Shown: positions 19,513 to 31,288, counted from the first letter of the stretch. The stretch is DNA of 64,000 nucleotides from Methanobacteriota archaeon (GCA_963748445.1 CAVVIU010000004.1:46390-110389), one strand, 5' to 3'. Numbers and translations are program-made. The notes: generated by a model not told the origin, from the letters alone.

Positions 19513-20334
19513 TCAAGCTATTAAATTTGCTCCGCAGTTATTAATTCTGGTATCCCTAACATCGCCAAATTCGCTGAGGACGTCTGAGGAGTTAATCGCA
19601 AATACTGCATCACCTAACATCACCATCGATGCGAGACCGCCACTTGCCTCTACAGCTTCAATTGCATCTTTAACTTTATCGCTCATAAGTCCCGTGCTAA
19701 TAGCGAACTCTCTCGAAAGTGTCATAAACTCTTCAAACACAGGCCTTTTTAACAGCGCTTTGAGACACTTATTTCCGTAACAACCTATAGTCTCCATAAG
19801 GTCTATATCTTTTAAAATCTGGGATGTTGAAAGTGGTCCAAATATGACATAAGAGATATTCCGCATCCCTGTGGGAATTTTATCCACGCGCGTATGTTCT
19901 CGTATCACTACACCTCCGGTAGATTGCGCCATAACGTCCCCTCCCCCCGTTTTATTTTTAATTTCAGCACGTATTGCTACATTACAAAGATCACTGTAAG
20001 TAAGACCAAGAGACAGCAACTCGTTGAGAGCAAGTGCAGTACTGAACGCTCCAGCTCCGCTCGTGCCAAAGCCACAGCTCATTGGAACAGCAACACTTGT
20101 TCTTACATCGACTTTTACACCTGTGAGAGATTCGACCACAGATTTCGTGGTAGGCGCTGATATCATTTCATCATTTATGTAAATTCTGCCTGAGCCTAAC
20201 ACAACGTCTGTTACTGCTTTATCGTCGATGACGACGCCACACCCCACAGATTTGATCGCTCCGCCAGTCTTTTCATTAAACCCTTTGTGAATCGCAAAAA
20301 ACCCCGTAATATGGAGGGGGCAGCTCGCTCTCAT
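19513..20334 (-). CDS. pantoate kinase (GHMP kinase family, archaeal CoA pathway)
   Basis: 273 aa with the GHMP motif PMSCGFGTSGAGA. It is adjacent to coaBC and close to the phosphopantothenate synthetase gene. Confidence 0.8.
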   Translation of the reverse strand: MRASCPLHITGFFAIHKGFNEKTGGAIKSVGCGVVIDDKAVTDVVLGSGRIYINDEMISAPTTKSVVESLTGVKVDVRTSVAVPMSCGFGTSGAGAFSTALALNELLSLGLTYSDLCNVAIRAEIKNKTGGGDVMAQSTGGVVIREHTRVDKIPTGMRNISYVIFGPLSTSQILKDIDLMETIGCYGNKCLKALLKRPVFEEFMTLSREFAISTGLMSDKVKDAIEAVEASGGLASMVMLGDAVFAINSSDVLSEFGDVRDTRINNCGANLIA

Positions 20335-20341
20335 ATGTCTG

Positions 20342-21493
20342 TTACTTATTCAAAGCTTTTACAACTGCATCAATAATCTTTACAGCAAGGAGTTCTTTTT
20401 TTCCGTAGTATCTCTCAATATCCTGATTGATGATGAATATCTCATTGTCTTCAGTCCCCATGCCGCCATGGGTGACATCATTTGCTACTATCATATCTAC
20501 GTCAATCGATCTTGCACATTTAATTAATTCATCGTAATTCGTGTTCGTTTCAGCTTTAAAGCAAACCACAAATAAGTTTGGATACCTTTCCTGAATTAAC
20601 TTAGTAAGCTTAGGTACGGTTTGTAACTTAAGCACAGCATCTTCGCCAGATTTAATCTTTGTAGGGATCAGATCGACAGTGAAATCTGAAATAGCAGCTG
20701 AATTTATGAATATATCATAACCCTTCTTGAGTTCCTCTAACACTGCATCGATCATATCAGCTGCGCTTTCGATCTTTATTTGGTTGACCAATTTCACGTC
20801 ACCATTATGCACTATAGTGACGTGCGCACCTCGTCTATATGCTTCAAATGCAATCGCTCTGCCTGTCCTTCCAGAACTCCTGTTTGTAAGTATTCTTATA
20901 GGATCTATTGATTCAATCGTCGCGCCGCTCGTCACAAGTATTTTCTTATCAACAAGGTCTTTTTTCGATAACACACGCTCCACTGCCACAACTATCTCTT
21001 CGACTTCAGCCATCTTTGCCCTGTCTTCTTCGATGTAAGGCTCAACGATGTACGTCAATTCTCTTAGTTTTGCCAAATTTTGCGCGACTATTGAATGCTT
21101 TAGCATCACCTCATGCATTGCGGGAGCTACTATCACCGGCTTTTCAGAGCCAATAGCTGTAACTGCAAAAGTCGTTACAGGTGTGTCATCGATGCCATTT
21201 ACTATTTTGCTTATAGTATTTGCCGTACAAGGGGCGATTAACAATACATCAGCACAACCTCCTGTGCCGCAGAATTTTACATGTTCAACCATACCTGTTA
21301 TTTCAGTTATAACTGGATTCTGGGTGGCATACTCAAGGGCATGTGGATGCACAATGTGTCGAGCGGCTCTGGACATAACTGCGTGAACATCTGCTCCGCT
21401 ACGGCGAAGTGCTCTTATCAATTTAATGGCTTCAACAGCTGCTATACTGCCAGTAACTCCAACTACGACAGTTTTACCTTCCAAGTGCTTCAT
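20342..21493 (-). CDS. coaBC: bifunctional phosphopantothenoylcysteine decarboxylase / synthetase
   Basis: The flavoprotein N-domain has GKTVVVGVTGSIAAVEA and PAMHEVM. The CoaB domain has ILVTSGATIESIDPIRILTNRSSGRTG. Confidence 0.9.
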   Translation of the reverse strand: MKHLEGKTVVVGVTGSIAAVEAIKLIRALRRSGADVHAVMSRAARHIVHPHALEYATQNPVITEITGMVEHVKFCGTGGCADVLLIAPCTANTISKIVNGIDDTPVTTFAVTAIGSEKPVIVAPAMHEVMLKHSIVAQNLAKLRELTYIVEPYIEEDRAKMAEVEEIVVAVERVLSKKDLVDKKILVTSGATIESIDPIRILTNRSSGRTGRAIAFEAYRRGAHVTIVHNGDVKLVNQIKIESAADMIDAVLEELKKGYDIFINSAAISDFTVDLIPTKIKSGEDAVLKLQTVPKLTKLIQERYPNLFVVCFKAETNTNYDELIKCARSIDVDMIVANDVTHGGMGTEDNEIFIINQDIERYYGKKELLAVKIIDAVVKALNK

Positions 21494-21687
21494 TCAATCG
21501 ATGATGTTTGTGTAAACCAGGTGAAAATTAAATTTATCGTGAACTAGTTATTTTATAGCTTCTCTGTTCCACATACTTAAGAGCTTTGTACGACATGTCT
21601 CATGTATACAGTTGAAAGCATCCGCCGTTGCCCACGGTGTAAAGCGAGGAGAAATACATAATATCTCCCTCTACTATCTTGTTGCAA

Positions 21688-23148
21688 ATGAAAGATAATA
21701 TCTTACGAAGAGGGCGTCTAATTGATATGGATGAGCGTGCACTACGCTTTACGTCCTCTATGTTGGTAGATAAGTGGCTTTTTGAGTATGACATCATGGT
21801 AGATAAAGTGCATGTTGTTATGCTTAAAAATCAGGGTATCATTTCAAATGACGCAGCTGATGCAATACTAAAAAGTCTTGAAATCATTCGCGAAAAAGGG
21901 TATGGTTCATTAAACAAAGATGCTGAAGATGTCCACATTGCAATAGAGAGCGTCCTCATAGATATGATAGGCGAAGAATACGGGGGAATGTTGCACGTTG
22001 GGCGATCAAGAAATGATGAGGTTGCTACGTGCATCAGAATGGCTTTGAGAGAACAGATCGTGCAACTTATGGCAAAAGTAGTAAAACTGAAGATGACTTT
22101 GCTAAAAAAAGCTGCGGAAAATGTCGAGACAGTCATTCCGGGGTTCACGCATCTCCAGCACGCACAGCCAACAACATTAGCACATCATCTCCTCGCCCAT
22201 TACGATGCTCTGGGTAGAGACTTCACACGATTGTCTGACTGCTTTGACAGAACAAACACTTGCCCACTTGGGGCAGCAGCATTTGCGTCATCCGGATTCC
22301 CCCTAGATCGTGACTTTGTAGCAGCAATGCTCGGATTTGAAGGAATTGTTGAAAATTCGATGGACGCGGTGAGCACGCGAGATTATGCCATCGAATGTTT
22401 GGCCGTCCTATCGAACATAATGATAAATATCAGCCGCTTAGCAGAGGAGTTCATTCTTTGGAGCACTTCCGAGTTTGGATACGTTGAAATTAACGACAAA
22501 TATGCGTCTACAAGTTCCATTATGCCTCAAAAGAAGAATCCAGATTCTCTAGAACTTGTACGGGCCAAGACCGGCTCTGTGGTAGGAGACCTCACCTCCG
22601 TGCTAACGATCTGCAAGGCGCTTCCTTATAGCTACAACTTAGATCTGCAAGAGGTCACTGTCCATTTAGAAGCCGCGATGAGAAATACGATTGATTCGAT
22701 CGCAATCTCTACAGGCGTACTGGACACTATTAAGTTCAAAATAGAACTGCTCGATGCCGAGAGTTCAACTGGATTTACAGCTGCTACTGAGTTAGCAGAT
22801 ACGATTGTAAGGAGAACGAAGATACCGTTCAGAACAGCGCACGCTATTGTTGGGGAGCTGGCGCGAAAGGGTATTGTAGACTTAGAAACACTCGATGAAG
22901 TATCAAAGAAGCGTTGTGGAAAAACACTTTCTAGCCTTGGTTTGACTCAAAAGGATGTTGCGTGTGCATTAGACCCTCACGTCAGTATCAAACGTAGAAA
23001 CGTAAAAGGTGGGCCCTCGCCAGACGAGGTATCGAGGATGATTAACTCTAGACGCGTAGACGTAAAAAAGGAAAATAATGAGGTACTTGCACTCATTCAA
23101 AGGTTAAACGATGTTTACCGTAATCTCGAAAATTTAACTGAGGACTAA
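21688..23148 (+). CDS. argH: argininosuccinate lyase
   Basis: WLFEYDIMVDKVHVVML, GRSRNDEVAT, GFTHLQHAQPTT, and the GSSIMPQKKNP-type signature (STSSIMPQKKNPDS). Confidence 0.95.
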   Translation: MKDNILRRGRLIDMDERALRFTSSMLVDKWLFEYDIMVDKVHVVMLKNQGIISNDAADAILKSLEIIREKGYGSLNKDAEDVHIAIESVLIDMIGEEYGGMLHVGRSRNDEVATCIRMALREQIVQLMAKVVKLKMTLLKKAAENVETVIPGFTHLQHAQPTTLAHHLLAHYDALGRDFTRLSDCFDRTNTCPLGAAAFASSGFPLDRDFVAAMLGFEGIVENSMDAVSTRDYAIECLAVLSNIMINISRLAEEFILWSTSEFGYVEINDKYASTSSIMPQKKNPDSLELVRAKTGSVVGDLTSVLTICKALPYSYNLDLQEVTVHLEAAMRNTIDSIAISTGVLDTIKFKIELLDAESSTGFTAATELADTIVRRTKIPFRTAHAIVGELARKGIVDLETLDEVSKKRCGKTLSSLGLTQKDVACALDPHVSIKRRNVKGGPSPDEVSRMINSRRVDVKKENNEVLALIQRLNDVYRNLENLTED

Positions 23149-23149
23149 G

Positions 23150-24413
23150 ATGGAAATCGAACAGGGCGATCAAGTTATAGTTGAGCAAAATGGAAGGCAC
23201 TTTGTGGGAGTTTTAATGCCCAGCGTGAGTGACTTCATCGTCATTAAGCTCGATAGCGGTTATAATGTCGGATTTTCTCCAAATACCATTAAGTTGAAGC
23301 TTTTACAAAAACGAACATCGACTCAACGGGCCAACAATACTCAGACCTAACCGAAATGAGTTGCCTAACATTTCGATCATCTCTACAGGTGGAACTATTG
23401 CAAGTAAAATTGACTACCGAACGGGCGCGGTAACAAGTCAGTTCGATGCCGATGACATAATTGATGCAATACCTGAATTAGCCGAAGTAGCAAACATTGA
23501 AGGAAAACTGCTTTATAATATACTTAGTGAAAATATGAAGCCTGAGCTCTGGACGGAGCTCTCCCAATGTGTCTTTGATGAGATTACGCGAGGGGTAGAC
23601 GGAGTAATAATTACACACGGAACGGATACTATGGGTTATAGTGCCGCCGCGTTGTCTTTTATATTAAAAGTTCCTGTTCCAGTTGTATTTGTCGGTTCCC
23701 AGCGGTCTGCCGATAGGCCAAGCAGCGATAATGTGGTGAATGCAGTGAGTGCTGCCACCGTTGCCATAAGTGATATTGCAGAAATCACTGCCGTGATGCA
23801 CGAAAATATGTCGGATGATGTCTGTTTAGTTCATAGGGGCACGAGACTGAAAAAGCTTCATACGTCAAGACGAGATGCCTTTAAGTCCGTTAATGCCAAA
23901 CCAATAGCGAGGGTACACTATCCCAGCAGAGAGCTTCAGTTGCTTGATGCATATACGTCGAGAGGTAGTTGCAAAATCTCAATTAAATCGACTATGGAAC
24001 CCAAGTGTGCGCTCATAAAATTTTATCCTGGAGCAGAGCCCTATATAATTGACCACTTCTTGTCACTAGGTTACAAAGGTCTAGTAATCGAGGGAACAGG
24101 ATTAGGGCACGTTTCAAATGATTGGATACCCAAGATCAAAATGGCAGGTAGGAACGTACCTGTTGTCATGACTTCGCAATGTTCTTTTGGCACGGTGAAT
24201 GACAGAGTCTACGATACAGGCCGCGACCTTTTGAAGGCGGGGATTATCGAAGCCGGTGACATGTTAAGTGAGACGGCTCTAGTGAAGCTGATGTGGATTC
24301 TTGGTCAAACAACTAATCCTGAAGAAATCAGAGCACTTATGAGGGCTAATATTGCTGGGGAAATTTCCGTGGATGAAAGTAGGAGTATCAACACGTTCGA
24401 GGGACTGCCATGA
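23150..24413 (+). pseudogene. gatD: Glu-tRNA(Gln) amidotransferase subunit D, with the frame broken by one extra base between 23298 and 23350
   Basis: The N-terminal 66-aa ORF (MEIEQGDQVIVEQNGRHFVGVLMP...) and the asparaginase-like body ([20 protein letters not shown]) are 1 nt out of register. The total length is 3n+1. Confidence 0.9.
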
Positions 24414-26317
24414 AAGATCACGATTATAAAAGGGTTGGATTAAAAGCAGGCCTTGAAATTCACCAGCAATTGAATACTAAGACAAAGTTGTTCTGCAGTA
24501 GTCCGACTGAACTTAGAGATACCAAGGAATCAAGTTTTGAATTTAGCCGATACTTACGGCCATCTAAAAGCGAAATGGGAGAAATTGACCGAGCGGCTCT
24601 TGAGGAGGGTATTGGAACAAGAAGGTTTATTTACAAAGGATATGACACCACTTGCTTAGTTGAATACGATGACGAACCACCCCTGGAAATGAACCTCCAA
24701 GCGGTTAAGATAGCTCTTCAAATTGCTCTCATTTTTGATATGAAACCTTTTGACGAAGTACATGTAATGAGGAAGCTCGTAATCGATGGATCCAATACGA
24801 GCGGTTTTCAGAGGACAGCGTTGCTCGCTTCAGACGGATTTATTGATCTTAGTTCTGGCAGGATTCGAATAGACACCTTATCAGTCGAGGAGGAGGCCGC
24901 TCAAATAGTCGGAAACGATATTTACTCACTCGACAGACTTGGTATTCCACTTGTGGAGATAGGAACTGCCCCCGATATTAAAACCCCAAAGATGGCAAAA
25001 GAACTTGCATTAAAAATTGGTACGACGCTCAGAGCAAGTAATGTGAAACGTGGGCTCGGGACAATCCGACAGGACATCAATATATCTATAGAAGGTGGGG
25101 CTAGAGTTGAAATTAAAGGTTTACAAGCACTGGAGCTGATAGAAGACGTTGTAAAATTTGAAGTTGAAAGACAGGAAAATTTGCTTAAGATACGAGACGA
25201 ACTGATTAAAAGAGGTGCAAACGTGGGAGAACCAGTTGAAGTTTCCACGATTTTTGCACGGACGAACTCTAAAGTCTTAAAAGGAAAAATGGTCTGGGGT
25301 GTAAAGCTCTCAGGTTTTAAGGATCTAATCGGAAAAGAAATACAACCAGATAGACGGCTCGGTTCTGAATTAGTAGATAAAGCGAAGAAAAAAGGTGTCG
25401 GCGGGGTTTTCCACACAGACGAGCTACCAAAATATGGGATAACCATGAGCGAGATTGAAAGGCTTCTTGCCGCGTTAGGATGCAGCGAGAATGACGCAGC
25501 CGCATTTGTGGCAAGTGGAACTGCTAAAACAGCTGTGCGAGCTCTGTATGCAGTAATTGAAAGAGCTAAGGAGGCGATAATCGGAGTTCCTGAAGAGACG
25601 AGAAGGCCGCTTTCAAATGGATGTTCGGAATATATGAGGCCACTTCCTGGTGCCGCGAGGATGTACCCGGAAACGGATGTTTCCCCCATTCGCGTGTCTG
25701 ACGAGTTGGCACATCGAATTAAGACAAATCTTCCAGAGCTGCTTGACAATAAGATGAGACGGTACAAGCGCGAATTTGGGCTTAACGATGAACTAGCAAG
25801 GCAAATTGCGTGGTCAGAAAATCACGAGCTTTTTGAACGCATTGTGAAGCTGTGGATAATAAACACGGGCGGTAATGAAGAAACAGAAGAGCTGAAAGAA
25901 GCTGCGACGTTAATAGTAAGAACATTGGAAAGCACGATATCAGGACTTCGAAGAGAGGAAGTGCCCGTGAATAACCTTAAAAACGAGCACTTCATAAAGG
26001 TCTTTGAGCTCATTAAATCCAAGACAATTGCTAAAGAGGGCATCCCGGAGATACTCAGGTGCCTAGCTCAATGCCCCACTAAGGAAGTAAAAGACATAGC
26101 AGCAGATATGGGATTTGAAATGCTGAGTCACGAAGAGCTCGAAGGTTTAATAGATTCGATAGTACAATCAAAACACGACTTTATACAATTACGTGGGCTT
26201 GGAGCTGTTGGCCCACTTATGGGCATCGTAATGAAAGAAATTCGAGGAAAAGCAGACGGTAAAGTTATCAGTACGCTACTACAGGAAAGAGTTTTAAAAA
26301 GTCTCGAAACAGGGTGA
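24410..26317 (+). CDS. gatE: Glu-tRNA(Gln) amidotransferase subunit E
   Basis: 635 aa; [12 protein letters not shown]..., [12 protein letters not shown], a GatB-like core with an inserted domain and a C-terminal YqeY-like tail. It overlaps gatD by 4 nt. Confidence 0.95.
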   Translation: MKDHDYKRVGLKAGLEIHQQLNTKTKLFCSSPTELRDTKESSFEFSRYLRPSKSEMGEIDRAALEEGIGTRRFIYKGYDTTCLVEYDDEPPLEMNLQAVKIALQIALIFDMKPFDEVHVMRKLVIDGSNTSGFQRTALLASDGFIDLSSGRIRIDTLSVEEEAAQIVGNDIYSLDRLGIPLVEIGTAPDIKTPKMAKELALKIGTTLRASNVKRGLGTIRQDINISIEGGARVEIKGLQALELIEDVVKFEVERQENLLKIRDELIKRGANVGEPVEVSTIFARTNSKVLKGKMVWGVKLSGFKDLIGKEIQPDRRLGSELVDKAKKKGVGGVFHTDELPKYGITMSEIERLLAALGCSENDAAAFVASGTAKTAVRALYAVIERAKEAIIGVPEETRRPLSNGCSEYMRPLPGAARMYPETDVSPIRVSDELAHRIKTNLPELLDNKMRRYKREFGLNDELARQIAWSENHELFERIVKLWIINTGGNEETEELKEAATLIVRTLESTISGLRREEVPVNNLKNEHFIKVFELIKSKTIAKEGIPEILRCLAQCPTKEVKDIAADMGFEMLSHEELEGLIDSIVQSKHDFIQLRGLGAVGPLMGIVMKEIRGKADGKVISTLLQERVLKSLETG

Positions 26318-26339
26318 TATTCTGGATCGCTGCACGAGG

Positions 26340-27375
26340 TTGCTCTACAATCTAGTTGAAATTCCAAGCGTCACGAACAATGAGCGGGATATTAGCAATT
26401 TCGTTAAAGACAAATTAGATGAAATTGGCATGGATGTAGTCCAGTTCGGGCAGAACGTCTTGGGGAAGTTCGGCTCTGGATCTCCTTCATTGATGTTATG
26501 CGGTCACCTCGATACGGTACCGCCGTACATTCCGCCTAGAATAGTTGCTGGCAAGTTATACGGAAGAGGAGCCGCAGACGACAAAGGCGGGATAGCGGCT
26601 GTGATAGACGCAATCACCAATTGTAAAAAATACTCGTTTTCCGGGACTTTACTTGCTGTTTTCGTTGTTGATGAAGAAGGTAACAGCACGGGCATCGACG
26701 AAATGATACCTAAGTTACCAGTGGATTTTGGCGTCGTATGTGAGCCAACTAACCTTGAAATAGTAAATGGACACAAGGGCAGAATAGTACTACAAGTTGA
26801 ATCGATCGGACAAGCAGCCCATGCAAGCAAGCCAGCGATGGGAAGAAACGCGATAGTTAAGATGGCAGAAGTTATAATAAAACTTGAAGATTTCAAGCTT
26901 AGAACCCATCCAATTTTGGGCAAGGAAACACTTACCGTGAGTCAAATTAGATGGTGGTATAGCCGATAATGTGATCCCTGATCGCTGCATAATAGAAGCA
27001 GAGTATAGGCATGTGCCTCCTAACGATCCTTTTAAGATTATAAGATCATTACATCGATTTTTACCTGATGTTAAAATAAGCTTTATAAAAGACCCAAAAA
27101 GATTTACAAACCCATTTTATCTTCCTGAGCATCGTATTATTGATGAGCTTACTGGCGCTTTAACAGAGTTAGGAACGAAACCAAATGTTACAACTATGGA
27201 CGCATGCACTGATGCATCGAGACTAAATGCTGCTGGTATACCAACTATCGTTTTCGGCCCCGGAACGATAGAACAGGCACACACATCAGATGAGTGGATA
27301 GCCTTAGAACAGGTGAAAGAAGCAAGTAGAATATTTAAGAGGCTTATTGAAAGAATTTTATTAAACGAAAGTTAA
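26340..27375 (+). pseudogene. M20-family deacylase (ArgE / LysW-lysine hydrolase LysK-like), with the frame broken by one extra base at 26949
   Basis: LMLCGHLDTVP, GRGAADDKGG and VVDEE are the metal ligands. ...TLTVSQI is followed in the next frame by DGGIADNVIPDRCIIEAEYRHVP...GPGTIEQAHTSDEW. Confidence 0.8.
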
Positions 27376-27518
27376 TTGAACTGCAATCAACTTAAATTTA
27401 TTGCTGTCAGAACCAGTCGGATTTTTCTTTGTTTCGCGTTTCATCCATTTATCAAAATGCATAAAATCGTGTCGTTATGCCGAACTATTTAAAAAAATAA
27501 AAGTTAAGCGGTTATAAA

Positions 27519-28243
27519 ATGCTCGTATCGTATCTGATTTTTTCAGTTCTACTATTTGCAGTCCTGTTACTTCTAATCGTTGGATTTGAAGACTGTTGGT
27601 TTCAAATTGTCAGAAACGTTAACGATTTTCATAATATCATCAGCAATTTATCTTACTTCCTCGCTATCCATATTGTTGTACTTTAGGGGCTGGATCGGTT
27701 TTGGGTTAGTGGATGCAGACTCATAAAATCTTGCGCTTTCAAAATATACTCTTAGTTGGCGACGGAGGTAATCTTGCTGTTGGTTTTGATATTGCAGGCT
27801 TTTTAATTCCTTTTATAATTTCGCTTAGAATGATTGCAGATAAAAGAAGTCCCATATTGTCCAGCATAATTGGTATTGCTGTCGTGGCCGTTGTTGCTTA
27901 CCTCTTTTCAGGCTTCTTACCAGACCAGGGGGTTCTCATACGAAACATTTATGCACTTTCTCTTGTGGCAAGCGTCCTAGGGATTGCTCTTGCAAACAAA
28001 AATTGGGAAAAAGCGGGCCCAATTACTTACGTTTCTGGATCATTAGGGGTCTTAATCGGAGCCGATGTAATTCGTCTAAGTGACCTTGTCCGCTACGAGT
28101 CTAGCGCTTTAGTAGTTGCGTCTATAGGCGGGGCAGGGGTCTTTGATGCTATATTTCTCGTTGGTATCATTGCTGTCATAATCGATATCGCTTTAGTACA
28201 ATATGTTTGGCTGGTAAACGTAATCAAAAGCCATATACCGTAA
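27519..28243 (+). pseudogene. DUF1614 family membrane protein. The core at 27713..28243 is intact. The N-terminal third is readable only across two 1-nt shifts.
   Basis: The core has NLAVGFDIAGFLIPFIISL and IGGAGVFDAIFL. Upstream hydrophobic stretches in two other frames (MLVSYLIFSVLLFAVLLLLIVG, then LKTVGFKLSETLTIFIISSAIYL...GFGLVDAD) line up as successive +1 steps. Confidence 0.55.
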
Positions 28244-28375
28244 ATTCCGAGCAAATGTGATGATACAGGCTGTCTGACAATTATAAGAAAGTGTTTATAT
28301 ACAAATATACATCAATACTACTGGTAATAAATATGACTTCGAGGGATTACCTTCTTTGTTAACTCAAATCCAAGT

Positions 28376-29873
28376 ATGAACCGTGCTGTGACTTTTTTTG
28401 ATACGACACTTCGGGATGGCGAGCAGACACCTGGCGTTTCCTTCACCACTGAACATAAAGTTACCATAGCTTATGCGCTTGATAAACTAGGAGTCGACGT
28501 AATAGAAGCGGGCTTTCCCATCTCATCAGCTGGAGAGCTTGAATCAGTAAAAAAAATAGCTCACTCTGGGTTGCATACGACTGTTTGCGGACTTGCCAGA
28601 GTCTTAACCCCCGATATAGATGCTTGCTTAGATTCTGACGTGAGCCTTATACATGTCTTTGCTTCAACCTCAGATATACAGTTGAAGTATTCAATGAAAA
28701 AGACGAGAGAAGAGGTGTATGACATGTCAATAGACGCTATTGATTATGTCAAAGATCACGGAGTTCGGTGTCTTTTCTCTGCAATGGATGCGACTAGAAC
28801 CGACTTACAGTTTCTCTTGCATATTTGTAAAGGCGTTGAATCTGCGAGGGTCGATATCATTAACATTCCTGATACTGTGGGTATCATGGCGCCCTTTAAA
28901 ATGTACAACCTGATTAAAGATATTAAAAACGTAATACGCGTCCCAATAGATGTCCACTGCCACAATGACTTTGGACTCGCAGTTGCAAACAGCATTTCAG
29001 CGGTCGTAGCTGGGGCGAATCAGGTCCAAGTGACAGTAAACGGCATCGGAGAGAGGGCAGGAAATGGCAGATCTAGCTCAAACAGTTATGTCTTTACATT
29101 CGATTTACAACATAAAAAGCAATATCAATACCAAATATCTGCTTGAGACATCACGCGTGGTGGAACGGTACACAAAGATAAACCTTCGACCAAATACGCC
29201 AATAGTCGGTGAAAATGCTTTTTCCCACGAATCGGGTATACATTCGAAAGGGGTCATAGAGCGCACAGACACTTTTGAACCAGGAATTATGACGCCTGAG
29301 ATGGTCGGCCATCACAGAAGGTTAATTGCTGGCAAGCATGCCGGAAAACACGCGCTAAAAGAAATGTTAAAAGATGCAGGATTTAGTCCATCTGAAAAAC
29401 AGCTAACTGAGATCACGAAGCGTGTAAAAGAGATTGGCGACAAAGGAAAACAAGTGACTGATGTAGACTTATATACGATCGCTGAAGCCGTGACAAGCGA
29501 CGTTTTGCAGCCTTCAATAATAGTAGAGGAAGTATCTGTGATGACTGGCAATCGAGTTACTCCTACGGCTACTGTTAAAGCTACGGTTGACGGAAAGGAA
29601 ATGGTTGGAGCCCGCATAGGCGTTGGACCCGTAGACGCAGCCATAAATGCTGTCCACGAAATAATAGGCGGGACTGAGATACAGCTGAGGACGTTTAAAA
29701 TTGAATCCATAAGTGGCGGGACTGATGCTGTCGCTGATGTGGTAATCGGTGTAGAAGACGGCAAGGGAAACATGGTGACGGCGCGAGCAGCTCGAGAAGA
29801 TATTGTTCTCGCTTCTGTTGAGGCGATGGTCAGTGCCATGAACAGACTTAAAGCTAAGAATAGTGGTAAGTAA
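28376..29873 (+). pseudogene. 2-isopropylmalate / (R)-citramalate synthase family enzyme (LeuA/CimA type with C-terminal regulatory domain), with the frame broken by one extra base at 29066
   Basis: FDTTLRDGEQTPGVSF and HCHNDFGLAVANS. ...VNGIGERAGN continues in the next frame as ADLAQTVMSLHSIYN.... The C-terminal domain shows VGVGPVDAAINAV. Confidence 0.85.
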
Positions 29874-30623
29874 ATGTGGTACGCAGTTGATACGCACTGC
29901 CACATTGACATGGCACAGTTTGACTCAGATCGAAAAGATGTGATAACTAGAGCAAAAAAAGCACGTATCGGGATAATAAATTCAGGAATAAACCTACGTT
30001 CAAATTTTGCAACAAAGCGACTTCTTATGTACGATAACGTAAGGGCAACGTACGGTTTGAGTCCAATCGAAATAGGCGAAGCTGATAAAGTTGAAGATTT
30101 CATACGACAAAACCAAGATACTGCAATCGGCATTGGAGAGGTTGGTTTAGATTACTATCACATTAGAGATGACGCCCTACGAGAGCGACAAAAAGCGGTG
30201 TTTACACGCTTTATTGGTTTAAGTGATGAACTTGGACTTACTCTTGTGGTGCATAGTCGCGACGCAGAAAGGCACGTTTTTGAAATGACAAATAGGCTGG
30301 ACAACGTCATATATCACTGTTATAGCGGAGATCTTGATACATTAAATAAGATAATCGACTGCGGCCACTACATTTCAATCTCAACGCGAGTGGGAAAGTC
30401 GAAGATACATCAAGAGATAGCGAAATCCACACCCCACGAGCTCATGATTGTGGAGACAGATAGTCCTTATTTATCCCCGCGAAAGGGTAGAAACGAACCG
30501 AGTTACATCATTGACGCGATAGTAACTATTTCTGAGATATGGACGATAACGGTCAAGGAGGCAGCTTCAATAATCATAGATAATACGATAACTGCTTTTA
30601 AACAAAAGTTAAAAACAACATAA
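29874..30623 (+). CDS. TatD-family metal-dependent hydrolase/DNase
   Basis: AVDTHCHIDM, GEVGLDYYH, LVVHSRDA, VETDSPYLSP. Confidence 0.85.
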   Translation: MWYAVDTHCHIDMAQFDSDRKDVITRAKKARIGIINSGINLRSNFATKRLLMYDNVRATYGLSPIEIGEADKVEDFIRQNQDTAIGIGEVGLDYYHIRDDALRERQKAVFTRFIGLSDELGLTLVVHSRDAERHVFEMTNRLDNVIYHCYSGDLDTLNKIIDCGHYISISTRVGKSKIHQEIAKSTPHELMIVETDSPYLSPRKGRNEPSYIIDAIVTISEIWTITVKEAASIIIDNTITAFKQKLKTT

Positions 30624-30700
30624 TATAAGTCAGAGAAAAAGCTATATAGTCACCTAGATATATTTAATTAGTTTATTAATTATAGGAGTTTTAGTGTTAA

Positions 30701-31288
30701 ATGCCATCTATATCATCAATTAAGGATCGTTTTAGGATTAGAAGTATTATTCATAAGAGAGAGAGATCTCATAAAGGTGTTGGTCTTCTCGTAGATGGGC
30801 CCAACATGCTTCGTAAGGAATTTCAAATAGATCTTGAGGAGATCAGGAACACACTGAAGGAATTCGGAGATATAAAAGTAGGCCGAGTTTATTTAAATCA
30901 GTACGCCTCAGAAAAATTAGTGGAGGCCATTGAAAATCAGGGTTTTGAGCCGGTTGTAAGTTCTAGCGACGTGGACGTTAGGCTTGCTGTCGAAGCTACA
31001 GAACTTATCTTTAACCCTAATATTGACATTATTGCGATAGTTACGAGAGATGCTGACTTTAAACCAGTTCTCTCAAAAGCAATGGAGCACGGAAAAGAGA
31101 CCATTATTTTTGGAGCTGAACCTGGATTTTCGGTAGCTTTAAAGAATCTGGCAGACATAGTTGTAATTTTGAATCAAGAAGAATATGTAAAAGAGAGTGG
31201 AAGTAAAGAAGTGGCAGCGCCTTATAAGAAAATTAAAGAAGAAGATACAGAGAAAAAAGTTGCTGAAGCTTATACAAAGCCAAATTAA
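30701..31288 (+). CDS. NYN-domain (LabA/DUF88-like) putative RNase
   Basis: GLLVDGPNMLRKEF, DVDVRLAVEA, AIVTRDADFKPVL. It has an acidic/lysine-rich tail. Confidence 0.75.
   Translation: MPSISSIKDRFRIRSIIHKRERSHKGVGLLVDGPNMLRKEFQIDLEEIRNTLKEFGDIKVGRVYLNQYASEKLVEAIENQGFEPVVSSSDVDVRLAVEATELIFNPNIDIIAIVTRDADFKPVLSKAMEHGKETIIFGAEPGFSVALKNLADIVVILNQEEYVKESGSKEVAAPYKKIKEEDTEKKVAEAYTKPN

Noticed and set aside
24922-25767. 281-aa ORF antisense to gatE
   Set aside because: It lies entirely inside a well-supported intact gene on the other strand. The translation is low-complexity (S/P/I/F-rich) with no recognisable motif, so it is a typical shadow ORF.
29312-30133. 273-aa ORF antisense to the leuA-like and tatD genes
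   Set aside because: It spans the junction of two recognisable plus-strand genes, has S/T/A-rich low-complexity composition and no family features.
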